Shown here piece after piece: positions 29,220 to 38,929 of a DNA stretch of 64,000 nt. Location: the IMG/VR virus record IMGVR_UViG_3300046804_003398; one strand, written 5' to 3'. The notes under the pieces are model-generated. The model did no database searches. It saw only the letters and a list, made by a program, of their open reading frames with translations, and was not told the origin of the DNA. The position numbers and the translations under genes were made by a program. Source of the stretch: a virus. Taxonomy: Duplodnaviria > Caudoviricetes. The first letter of the stretch is position 1. Every line of letters begins with the position of its first letter.

Positions 29220-32200
29220 TTATAAATTCATGATGTATTTGTCCAAACTTGCACTAGTTTCCATAGAAGCTGTCAATGGTAACTGAACAAATAGATTGTT
29301 TGGATCTCCAGTAGACCCCGTTGTGGTGCCATATACTGGGAAATCACTACTACTGATATTGAGACTCAAATAGCCAGGTATTGTAGTGACTGGACTAGAT
29401 CCATTTGGAAGTCCTTTACGGTTCACAGTTGTGGTAGAATCATTCTTACCCTTAATGTAAGTATAATATGTCAACTGTGCTGGAGCAAACACCTTAACAC
29501 CATTGTTTAGACTAAAATTAGATCCACTCACCGCAATATACTTTTGGCGAGAACCAGGCATCATAATCTTACTCAAGTGTCTTGGAGAATATCCAGTGTT
29601 TCCTTCACCTCTATAAACATTGGTAAACACAGATGACCCAGTTACAGATCCCGATCCAATGACTTCTACTGTATTGAAACTAGAAGTGAATGTCACTATG
29701 TTACCATTATCATTTACCATTTGATAATACTCATTGTCTGGAACGTTATATGTGTTTCTAACGTGATAACCATTAGAATCAACGTTGATATACTTTCCAT
29801 ACTTTGCGTAGATGAAATCTCGACTATCAATTGACGGAGGGATTTCTAAACGTTGATAGTTATATTGATTTCTATCTGTATCATACGTTGTAATTGACTC
29901 GACCGTAATATTCATAGGACTGCCGGTTGTGAATATAGGAGTCAATTCAGCAGCATTGTTAAAATAAATACTAGACGTATACAATCCACTTACATTGTAT
30001 GAGATGTCCTTGTAATTGAACTTCTTTCTTTCAAGAATAGATGGTTCAATCAACAAACCTGTTTTTATTGAAGCACGGTTTGGAACCACATTCTTGACAT
30101 AATCAAAAATTGAGAAGTCAATATACAACTTATAGGTTGTGTAGAACTCTTGAGGGTAAATATACTTAATACTTGACGATGGAAGTGAAGCAAATTCCCT
30201 CAGTCTCAAGTCCAACTCTGGATAATTTTGACTGGTTAGGTATTTTGGATCACCAATAATATCAGTGATACCTTCTTTACCCAAAAAGTTTTCCATCTTG
30301 GATTCCAAGTATGTGTATGGACTGATATAGAATCCCACAACGTTACTGTCACTACCTACGATGTCATTGGTCTTTGTAGAATAGTCATAAGGAACAAGAT
30401 TTGATGTAGCAAATTCATCAATCTTGTTTATCTTCACATTGTTCTTATAGTTTGGGCCAAATCGATTTGAATTGATTGCTTGATTTACAACAACCTTATC
30501 AAATTGATATGGAAACTCTGACACATACGCTGGAGCACATGATGGATATGGTTGAGTTACAGATTCTCCAGTAAAGTTTGAAGCGGTAAACCAAGTGTCA
30601 TAGTAAGTGTTTCTATTTGGTATACCAACTTGTGTTGGAGAAATAACCAAAGAAGCACTTACAGATGAACTCACCGGTGTGTTTATTGATGAACTTGCTG
30701 CCCATAATTGCATTGGAGTATCAAAACTCCACAAGTAAATCAAATTATAATACAATACTGCCTTGTCTGGAATTGATATAGAATCAAGATTGTAACTATG
30801 TTCATCGAAGTCAGACAAACTTAATGGATCACGGAAAACCTTTATCTTATCGATGTTTCCATCAAACTCAATATTGTTATTGTATGTGGTATTGTAATTA
30901 CCAACATAATAGCTACCACTTGAGAAATAATTGTTTTGATTGTAGTTAATTACCTTAGTCTTTATACTACTGAAATTCTTCAACGAACCATCATACTGAT
31001 TGACTGCGAATGTGTATGTGTTAGGAACATACTTTTCAGCTGCCGATGATGTTAGTGATGATGTAAACACGGTTATACTACCGTAAGTGTTTGTATCTGT
31101 ATTTTGTTCTGGTGCGATACTATCATATTCATAATCCGCTTTAATATCACGGGATATCATGAATGTGAATATGTTACCATTCAAATATGGCAGCTCATCC
31201 AACTTGATACTTGATGTGGTATTCGATTCGGGTGGATGTAGATCATAAATTAACACACCAGACTCAGCTTGTTGTGTCTTTCTGATATAAACTTCCCAGT
31301 CAATTTTGTTGTTTCTGATCTTTCTTACAATAGGAATCTTATCGTTGAAATTGTAGTCTTTTGATTTGAATCTAAACGAAGCTTCAAAAGTATCATATCC
31401 ACGAAACTCTTCTGTTTGTGATCTTGAAGATGTAAATGTGTTTGCCTGAGATCCACTGTAATATAAAGGATCACCTACCACAGAAACATATTCTGGGTCT
31501 GTATAATCAAACTTTATGTATCTATCATCTTTGATTCTGGTCAAATAAATGATATCTTCAAAGTCATAATAATTTTGACGATTTACATTTACATCTGTGC
31601 TTCCATATTCACGAAGTTGAATCAACTCAGATGGTATACCAAACAAGGATCTGATCAAATCCAATGATGTTGAAGTTCCTTTTGTCTTGTAGATATAAGG
31701 AAGGTTGTTAGCAAATCTATTTAAGATCTTCTTACCGTAGTCAAAATAAGAACTTGATAGTGAACTAGATATCTCAGTGTTGTCGAACAAGTATTGAGAA
31801 ATACCACTATTTTGAAACTTGAAGTTGTTTGTATTCCAACTGAATGAATTCAATAACTCATCCAAGAAGTTCTTTGGATAATCACTGAGTTCAGATACTC
31901 CGAGAGGATATGTCTTTGGAAACTTTTTGATGTAGACCAAAATGTTATCAAAGAAATGACCCACCATCGAAGTGAACTTCAAATAATCAACAGACTGACT
32001 ATCTTCACGAATATATTCTGGTAGTTGATTTAGTAAACTGTCTACATTGTTTTGGTCATATGAAATACCATCTTCAATCTTATCATCGATGCTAGAAGTA
32101 TTGAAGAACAAATATGACTCATACTCATCAAGGGAGTTTAGTATGTCAATTTGAGATTGAGTAATACGATCTATATCTGTTTCATATGTAGCACGTATAG

Positions 32201-33731
32201 TCAATGCTGAAGAACTAGCTGCTGTATGAACTTGAGCCTTCTGAGTTTCTAACTTGTTGTAATCAGAAATCTTGTTCTTGGCAATCTTGGTTCTGAGTTC
32301 AGCTGATGAGTAAACTATGAAGTTTGCAAAGTTATCATAGTCAATCAACAAATCATTGATTCTTTGTTTTAGTCTTGACTGTGCTGCAAATAGTGTATTT
32401 ACATCGTGGTCAGAATACTTTTGATTGATAGGGTCAGCAGTATCTACGTTAACCGTAAAATTAACACCGTTTAGAGATACGTTGCGTTTTACAGCCTCCG
32501 CAAATAGATTTACCTTGAAGTAAATAGGAGCAATTGAAATATTAGAAACCCAACATGTGGTTCTGATATCATATTCCAAAGGCAACGGATCAGACAACTT
32601 GACTTGAACATTTACACGACCATCAATTGGGTTGAAGTAATTTGTGTGAGTCAAAATTTGAACCAAATTACCATTGTCAAAATTCAACGCATTTTTGTAT
32701 AGACCAAAATACTTGTTAGCATACTCGGTCAAAAGCAAAGTTGTTTGAGTTTCCAACCAATCGGTGTAGATGATCTTGACAAACAAGTCCAATATACCCT
32801 GCAATTGTATTTGGTTGATCGATGTCTTTTGTAGAATTCTATCTTGAGAAACTTTGGTTACAATCGTCTTGAATGCCAACAAGATTTCGTCAGCACTAAA
32901 CTCGGTTGAATTGTATGTGTATGTAAAGTTCTTGATTTGGTCATCAATACCAATGAACTTTGAAGCTTGTTGAATCGACTCATCGTTAGCCGAAAGTGTA
33001 ATTACTTTATCAAAACCAACATAGGTCTGAATAATAAACTCTTGAAGTTCAGCTGCATTTTGAAGACCCAAACTTTGAGCAATTGCAGTGTAATTGTAGT
33101 TAACAGAATTACGAACAAACGTCTCTGAGATTGGATTGTTGTCAACAATTTGGTTGATGAACGAAGATATCTGTAGGAACAAATACTTCTTATCAGCAAA
33201 TGCTGACACCTTTACAGCATCCAGTGCATTCTGTGGGGTCAATGTGGTATTGAATGCAAACGATAAACGCAATTCAGTTCTACTTGGAGAAATTTCCTTG
33301 ATTACAAGTCGGTTTTGGTTGTTACCAGCAACGTTTCTAACAAAGTTGTAGAGAACATAATACAAACCAGGCGCAACTTGTGTCTGTCTAAGAACGTCTT
33401 GGGTATCAATCAAGATGTCATTATTGAACTTTGCGTAGTTTGTAAAAGGTTGCGCAAAGTTGTAATATGTCAACTTGTTGTTGATATCACGATACGAACC
33501 TTGGACCACCGAATAAGACACGGTTGGAACAACTCTATTGAAAGCAATACTTTCTTGAGAACTGTTGTAAAGACTGAATTCAATGATGTCACTGTCTGAC
33601 GTTCCAAAGAAACGTTCACGGTCCAGATACTTTTGTTCATACAGTTCTTGTAGATCTGGGGTAAAATATGAACCACTAGCTATTCCAGTGTTTAACGTCG
33701 TCTCATCAAAATTTAGATAACTATATGGCAT
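29220..33731 (-). CDS. large baseplate/virion structural protein (1503 aa)
   Basis: Long uninterrupted ORF among baseplate genes; KTKGT..S...IRSLFGIP segment reminiscent of baseplate wedge proteins. Confidence 0.75.
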   Translation of the reverse strand: MPYSYLNFDETTLNTGIASGSYFTPDLQELYEQKYLDRERFFGTSDSDIIEFSLYNSSQESIAFNRVVPTVSYSVVQGSYRDINNKLTYYNFAQPFTNYAKFNNDILIDTQDVLRQTQVAPGLYYVLYNFVRNVAGNNQNRLVIKEISPSRTELRLSFAFNTTLTPQNALDAVKVSAFADKKYLFLQISSFINQIVDNNPISETFVRNSVNYNYTAIAQSLGLQNAAELQEFIIQTYVGFDKVITLSANDESIQQASKFIGIDDQIKNFTYTYNSTEFSADEILLAFKTIVTKVSQDRILQKTSINQIQLQGILDLFVKIIYTDWLETQTTLLLTEYANKYFGLYKNALNFDNGNLVQILTHTNYFNPIDGRVNVQVKLSDPLPLEYDIRTTCWVSNISIAPIYFKVNLFAEAVKRNVSLNGVNFTVNVDTADPINQKYSDHDVNTLFAAQSRLKQRINDLLIDYDNFANFIVYSSAELRTKIAKNKISDYNKLETQKAQVHTAASSSALTIRATYETDIDRITQSQIDILNSLDEYESYLFFNTSSIDDKIEDGISYDQNNVDSLLNQLPEYIREDSQSVDYLKFTSMVGHFFDNILVYIKKFPKTYPLGVSELSDYPKNFLDELLNSFSWNTNNFKFQNSGISQYLFDNTEISSSLSSSYFDYGKKILNRFANNLPYIYKTKGTSTSLDLIRSLFGIPSELIQLREYGSTDVNVNRQNYYDFEDIIYLTRIKDDRYIKFDYTDPEYVSVVGDPLYYSGSQANTFTSSRSQTEEFRGYDTFEASFRFKSKDYNFNDKIPIVRKIRNNKIDWEVYIRKTQQAESGVLIYDLHPPESNTTSSIKLDELPYLNGNIFTFMISRDIKADYEYDSIAPEQNTDTNTYGSITVFTSSLTSSAAEKYVPNTYTFAVNQYDGSLKNFSSIKTKVINYNQNNYFSSGSYYVGNYNTTYNNNIEFDGNIDKIKVFRDPLSLSDFDEHSYNLDSISIPDKAVLYYNLIYLWSFDTPMQLWAASSSINTPVSSSVSASLVISPTQVGIPNRNTYYDTWFTASNFTGESVTQPYPSCAPAYVSEFPYQFDKVVVNQAINSNRFGPNYKNNVKINKIDEFATSNLVPYDYSTKTNDIVGSDSNVVGFYISPYTYLESKMENFLGKEGITDIIGDPKYLTSQNYPELDLRLREFASLPSSSIKYIYPQEFYTTYKLYIDFSIFDYVKNVVPNRASIKTGLLIEPSILERKKFNYKDISYNVSGLYTSSIYFNNAAELTPIFTTGSPMNITVESITTYDTDRNQYNYQRLEIPPSIDSRDFIYAKYGKYINVDSNGYHVRNTYNVPDNEYYQMVNDNGNIVTFTSSFNTVEVIGSGSVTGSSVFTNVYRGEGNTGYSPRHLSKIMMPGSRQKYIAVSGSNFSLNNGVKVFAPAQLTYYTYIKGKNDSTTTVNRKGLPNGSSPVTTIPGYLSLNISSSDFPVYGTTTGSTGDPNNLFVQLPLTASMETSASLDKYIMNL

Positions 33732-33732
33732 A

Positions 33733-34209
33733 TTATGATGTTAATGGTAAAAATGGAAAGTCGTCACTAAAGTCAGATGGAACGTTTCCTTGACCCAACT
33801 TGATTCTTAGATCGATAATTTCAGTCTTCATTGCTGCTATGACTTGTTTATCATCGTTGAGTTCATACTTTTCAACCAAAGAGTTCACAGTCTCATTGAG
33901 AATTCTGTTTTCGGCAATGGCTTCATTATATTGTTGTAAAATAGTATTGATATCTTGTGCTTGCTCTTGTTGAGTAGTTTGCAATTCATTAAACCCAATC
34001 GAATTGGTATCCAAAACTTTGTCTGGATTGTATTCTAGTGTTTTTAATGTGATATCTGTATAGTAAAACTTACCTTCGTCGGTCTTATTATCATTATAAA
34101 TGAGTTGAAAGTTTCCGAATGAATCAATGTTGTTCGGAAACTGACCAAGATCCTTAAAAGTCTGTAACTGTTTAAGACCTACTGTATATTCTACTACTAT
34201 ATCAGCCAT
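33733..34209 (-). CDS. hypothetical coiled-coil protein
   Basis: 158-aa ORF tightly packed in the baseplate operon. Confidence 0.75.
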   Translation of the reverse strand: MADIVVEYTVGLKQLQTFKDLGQFPNNIDSFGNFQLIYNDNKTDEGKFYYTDITLKTLEYNPDKVLDTNSIGFNELQTTQQEQAQDINTILQQYNEAIAENRILNETVNSLVEKYELNDDKQVIAAMKTEIIDLRIKLGQGNVPSDFSDDFPFLPLTS

Positions 34210-34210
34210 A

Positions 34211-36076
34211 TTATCTTACAATTTGGAATACCTTGTCGGTGTCCACAATGTCCACCGTTCCATCTGGATACTCCGCCTTTATAAATATCTTGAAATATCT
34301 TTCTTGTGGCAATCCAGTGGTATCAAACTTAAAATAATTTCCTTGGTTAGGGTCACAGCTGAGTTTAGAATATTCATCAAAGTCTATAAAAACCTGACCG
34401 GATTCAGCATCAGTTATTTGATAATATGATGAAGTAGGTAGGTATTTAGGTGTTACCATCACAGGTTGTTGATATGCTTTTTGGAAGTTCTTGAGAGGGT
34501 ATTGATCTCTTGCGAACACAAATACTTTTGGTAAACTACCAGCCTTATACGTGTCTTTTAACTGTTGTAGAGTAATTAAGTTCTCAATAGAACCAGTCAC
34601 AGGTGCTAAACTACCCGTATTGAATGTAGTATCATCCCAAGCAACATCGATGTATGGACTATAGATTGTATTGGTTTCTTTACTGAAGAACTGTAACAAT
34701 CCATTGGTCTTACCAACCGGTGGAACAGTCAACTCCAACGAAGACAACAGTATGATTCCGTTGTTTGGAATACATCCACAAATCCAAGAACGAACTATGT
34801 TGGTAACATCCATGGTTATGTCGCCTTGTTGACCGAGAGTATATGATTGACTGCAAATCAAACTTGAACCACTCAATGATGGGAATGCAGACGATGAACA
34901 GAACCAGAAGTTTACATCACTATATGTAGACGGAACATCATAATACCAAGTTCCTCCACCATTTTCAAAGCTGGCTGTCTTATAAGAAGATGTCAACAAG
35001 TAATCGATTTGTTGGTAAGAACCAGTAAATGGCACATACCAAGCATTGCTTCCAGAGTAATCTCTAAAATTCCAACTTGCACCCATTGTGGTTCCACCAT
35101 CTGCCCATCTACCATTACCATTGTCCCAACTTTGACTTACTGGGTAAGCATAAATTGTGTAGTTGAGTGGTAGATTTCTTTGTCCACAAGCAGTCAAATT
35201 CAAAGTGAACTTTATGTTTGAACTAGACAATTCATTGTTTGCTATAGAAGCACTGATGTTGGTAATATCAAACTGAACCACAGTTCTTGAAAACTCAGGT
35301 CTCAACAAATAGTATACAGATGTTGGAGGAGTTATAGAACCACTGTAATAACCACGGAAATACCCTTGGAAATTTTCAACATCCAAATAGTAACTGGTGC
35401 TAGACGTTTCAGTAGATATAATTCCAACAAATTGAGAACCAGTTACACTACCATCGAATGTTCCATTTTGAATGCAAAGTGGTCCAGGTCCAGTGCAAGA
35501 TGTTCCAAATAGTTTTCCTGAGAATCCACCAACACTACCACTACCAATTAATGACTGTGTTAGTGGTGAAGTTGTGTAGGTTACACCATTGACATCTAGG
35601 TTTGTGAACGATGATCCGCTGTAAACAATTCCACTGAAACTTCCCGTTGAAATTTGCCCATTCACGGTTACGTTGCTTAAGAAGTTATAGCTACCACTAA
35701 ATGACCCAGAAGCAAAATCTGACGAACCAGACACATATAGTGAGACAAAAGGACTTACGTTTATATTTGAGAATATGCCAGTGAATGAAGCAATTGCAAT
35801 CGCAGATTCGACCACAGATGTTGCGAGTGGGTATTCTCTCCAAAGACTTCCAGAGTAAACATAGAAACTAGATGTTGTGTAAGCCAACCAACCTTCGTTA
35901 CCATATGACGAACTGTTTTGTGGAGGAGTTCTCCAAATTGGATCTGTGTATACTAACTTGTTACCATCGTTGCTAGCATACACCTCCAAAATTTCGTCTA
36001 TACCAAAGTTTTTGTTTTTGTAAACTTTGGCGTTATTGATGTAGGTGTCTTGAGATGGATAAATAAATGTGTGCAT
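34211..36076 (-). CDS. virion structural protein (split DNRLRE-like domain with Ser/Gly-rich insert)
   Basis: N-terminal YPSQDTYI...NFGIDEILEV, later SRTVVQFDI...YAYPVSQSWDNGNG; SGSF repeats between them. Confidence 0.65.
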   Translation of the reverse strand: MHTFIYPSQDTYINNAKVYKNKNFGIDEILEVYASNDGNKLVYTDPIWRTPPQNSSSYGNEGWLAYTTSSFYVYSGSLWREYPLATSVVESAIAIASFTGIFSNINVSPFVSLYVSGSSDFASGSFSGSYNFLSNVTVNGQISTGSFSGIVYSGSSFTNLDVNGVTYTTSPLTQSLIGSGSVGGFSGKLFGTSCTGPGPLCIQNGTFDGSVTGSQFVGIISTETSSTSYYLDVENFQGYFRGYYSGSITPPTSVYYLLRPEFSRTVVQFDITNISASIANNELSSSNIKFTLNLTACGQRNLPLNYTIYAYPVSQSWDNGNGRWADGGTTMGASWNFRDYSGSNAWYVPFTGSYQQIDYLLTSSYKTASFENGGGTWYYDVPSTYSDVNFWFCSSSAFPSLSGSSLICSQSYTLGQQGDITMDVTNIVRSWICGCIPNNGIILLSSLELTVPPVGKTNGLLQFFSKETNTIYSPYIDVAWDDTTFNTGSLAPVTGSIENLITLQQLKDTYKAGSLPKVFVFARDQYPLKNFQKAYQQPVMVTPKYLPTSSYYQITDAESGQVFIDFDEYSKLSCDPNQGNYFKFDTTGLPQERYFKIFIKAEYPDGTVDIVDTDKVFQIVR

Positions 36077-36077
36077 A

Positions 36078-38075
36078 TTATACCACTAATCCTTTAATGT
36101 CGGTATCTGGAAACTTGACTTCAAATATTGAAGGGTCTTTTGATGGATATACGATATTGTTCTGTGTAGCAATATCAATATTATAAGCTATAGGCGAATA
36201 TTGAACTCCATCAGTATCATAAGTCAAATTTTTGATTGTAACTTCGGTCACAGATTGAACACCTTCGTTTTTCATTATTTCAAAGGTTAATTGACTTAAA
36301 TTGATTGGTTGATTAAATCCCCAGTTGTCAATATTGAAAAATGCTTGAACAGATGCAATACATTCATTCAACACATCACGTTTGTTGAAACCAGCAAAGA
36401 CTGTGATCTTGAATTCAACGCCGATATTGATAATGTATCCGTCAATCACATTGAATCTATCAGTCAAAATCTTGTATTGACTCAAGTAGTTCTTCAAATT
36501 CAAAAGTGTTGCTTCGTTACATGGAGTGAGTTTCTTATCACTGTTGTATCCTAGAATATACAAGTTGTTTGTGAATGGATTGTTTGACTCCAAAAACTTT
36601 CTACGATCAAGTGGATTCAATGGGTTCAAATTCAACAACTCATTTTGAGCAGCTGAACCTGTGATAACACCACTAATCAATCCAGTATATGCAATTTGTC
36701 TAGTAGCATTTGATTGAACGAACGCTTTAGCTATACTACCAAATTGTGGACTCATTGCGTATACACGAAGAAGTATGTCCTCCTCAGTTACGATACGATT
36801 TTGAGATGAAAAATTTGCAATAGCATTTTGACGTATTTCTTCGTCGGTTTCTGGACCATCTCCACCAGTTGCTGCAAGTGGGTTGTTTACTCTCAAAGAG
36901 TTCTTGATATTATTGAACAATGTAACTTGACTATCTGTTAATCCAGTAATATCGTTCATCAACCCAACCGCACTAATTGTATTGATTTCTCCAGAGTTGA
37001 CGTTAGAATTTACGCCGCCACCAACAATATAAGTGATGGTCAATATTGTGTTCGATGGAGATACACCATATGAATTGCTCTTCAACACGTTTGTTCCGTC
37101 CAAACTGATGTTAAGATTATCTAAATTAGACAAACCCACACCCACGTTTGAAGGATTTGGTATGATCACAGTGTTATCGAAGTTTTCAGTGTTTGCACCA
37201 AACTGAATGTATGTTGAATTGTTTTCATCAATCGTGGTGATAAAACGATTCTCGGTTCTCAAATACTTCAACAACTTAGGCGTTTCACCTCTATACTTCG
37301 ACAAGGTTTGATTTGTTAATGGAACGTTGTCAACAGAAATTGGTATTGTTTCTTGTGCTAGATATTGAACTTCATAGTAATTGTTATTGTTACTATCAAC
37401 TATACTTGCTACTTTCAATACATCAGTAGCGTCCAATTTAATTTCTAAAAATGGTGTTGCGGTTCCTACACTTACTTGTTTGACTACAAGTTTACCTGCA
37501 TATGCTTTTGCAGTCTTTTTGATCAAGTAAAATAGTGGTGCTCCAGTTTCATCACGGTTATACACAGACACTTCTCTTGGTGAAAATACCGTGTCTTGAC
37601 TAAAGTCTACACTTTCTTCAATCAAGAATGGAACTCCAGAAACACTGGACAATTCTGTGAATGGTTTCAATATCAAACAATAGGTGTCATCTGGAACATA
37701 TTCACCGTCTATCTCCCCCACTCTTTTGGCTGGAACTAGTTGAAACAGTTCAAGATCAGTTGCAGCTGCTGATGTGACCTTTGGTTTGTATCCCAAATAT
37801 CTAGCTTGGTTGATCAAGTTTCTTCTATCTGTGGCAAACTGAATAAAACTTTCCTTGAACTGTTGATCGGTATAATATGACAATATGTCACCAACATATG
37901 CGGCTTGTTCAATGAAAATTTGACCAGGCGAACTCTCACTAAAATCTCTATAACTTTGTGGGTAGTATTGTTTAGTGAAATCGATCAATTGTTGCTTCAA
38001 AGATGCAAAATCTCTATTAACGTAATTTACGTCTTTAGTATTTGCTCTAAAAGTCTTGTTAATTATTTGTGCCAT
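36078..38075 (-). CDS. gp6: baseplate wedge subunit (T4 gp6-like)
   Basis: YVNRDFASLKQQLIDF, DFSESSPG, LSYYTDQQFKE, ATGGDGPET and QNRIVTEED motifs. Confidence 0.9.
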   Translation of the reverse strand: MAQIINKTFRANTKDVNYVNRDFASLKQQLIDFTKQYYPQSYRDFSESSPGQIFIEQAAYVGDILSYYTDQQFKESFIQFATDRRNLINQARYLGYKPKVTSAAATDLELFQLVPAKRVGEIDGEYVPDDTYCLILKPFTELSSVSGVPFLIEESVDFSQDTVFSPREVSVYNRDETGAPLFYLIKKTAKAYAGKLVVKQVSVGTATPFLEIKLDATDVLKVASIVDSNNNNYYEVQYLAQETIPISVDNVPLTNQTLSKYRGETPKLLKYLRTENRFITTIDENNSTYIQFGANTENFDNTVIIPNPSNVGVGLSNLDNLNISLDGTNVLKSNSYGVSPSNTILTITYIVGGGVNSNVNSGEINTISAVGLMNDITGLTDSQVTLFNNIKNSLRVNNPLAATGGDGPETDEEIRQNAIANFSSQNRIVTEEDILLRVYAMSPQFGSIAKAFVQSNATRQIAYTGLISGVITGSAAQNELLNLNPLNPLDRRKFLESNNPFTNNLYILGYNSDKKLTPCNEATLLNLKNYLSQYKILTDRFNVIDGYIINIGVEFKITVFAGFNKRDVLNECIASVQAFFNIDNWGFNQPINLSQLTFEIMKNEGVQSVTEVTIKNLTYDTDGVQYSPIAYNIDIATQNNIVYPSKDPSIFEVKFPDTDIKGLVV

Positions 38076-38476
38076 TAGATTCTGTTATTAGTAAGTTCCA
38101 CCTCAGTAGTAGAGGTAATCTTGTTATAAGTGAACACCACACTTATAAATATCGTATTTGCATCAGTATTTTCGTTTTGAGTGGATGCTATTTTTACCTT
38201 CACATCATTAACGATCACACCATTCAAAAATTTGTTGATATCACGTTGGACTACATCGACAATAATGCCTGGATTGACTTCCAATTCATTTTGTTGAAAT
38301 AATAGGTAATACAATCCAGATCCAAACTCATTGTTGAATCGTCTTTCGCCTGGTTTGGTCAACAACAAGTTTCTTATGTTTGAAGATACTTGATCAATAG
38401 TAGCAGTATTGGTTTCAAAATATCCATCTTGACCCAATCTCAACGGTAACTTAAGCCCAAGTATCTGTTTAGCCAT
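38075..38476 (-). CDS. gp25: baseplate wedge / sheath initiator (T4 gp25-like)
   Basis: NIRNLLLTKPGERRFNNEFGSGL motif. Confidence 0.92.
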   Translation of the reverse strand: MAKQILGLKLPLRLGQDGYFETNTATIDQVSSNIRNLLLTKPGERRFNNEFGSGLYYLLFQQNELEVNPGIIVDVVQRDINKFLNGVIVNDVKVKIASTQNENTDANTIFISVVFTYNKITSTTEVELTNNRI

Positions 38477-38482
38477 ATGTTG

Positions 38483-38920
38483 TTATTTCTTTTCTCCACG
38501 CTTTTTATCAACAGCTTTCAGTAGTGATCTATAATCTCTGGTAACTGCTTGAGCAACCGCTTTTACTGGTTCTGGAGCATGTTCAGTCACAGATTCAGTC
38601 AACTTGTCAACAACACTTGGTTCGCCACTACCCATGATACTTGCCAACCCACCTTCTTGAGGCACACCACCAGTTGTTTCATTCAATATTTGATTCAATA
38701 CTGGATTGCTAGTGTATTTGACAAACTTCTTTTTGTTTTGTGATTGTTCTACAGGCTGTTCCGTCACTGATTCACTCACCAAAGATGAAAATGATGGTGA
38801 CGAATCTGATCTTGAAATTGATTCTTTAGAAAATGCTTCCAACAAGCAGTTTTTTACTTCTTCTCTGACAGCATTTCTTACTTCTTGACGAATGTATTCT
38901 TTAAGAGTATCTAGTTTCAT
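38483..38920 (-). CDS. hypothetical protein
   Basis: 145-aa ORF; MKLDTLKEYIRQEVRNAVREE N-terminus. Confidence 0.75.
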   Translation of the reverse strand: MKLDTLKEYIRQEVRNAVREEVKNCLLEAFSKESISRSDSSPSFSSLVSESVTEQPVEQSQNKKKFVKYTSNPVLNQILNETTGGVPQEGGLASIMGSGEPSVVDKLTESVTEHAPEPVKAVAQAVTRDYRSLLKAVDKKRGEKK

Positions 38921-38929
38921 ATTATATAA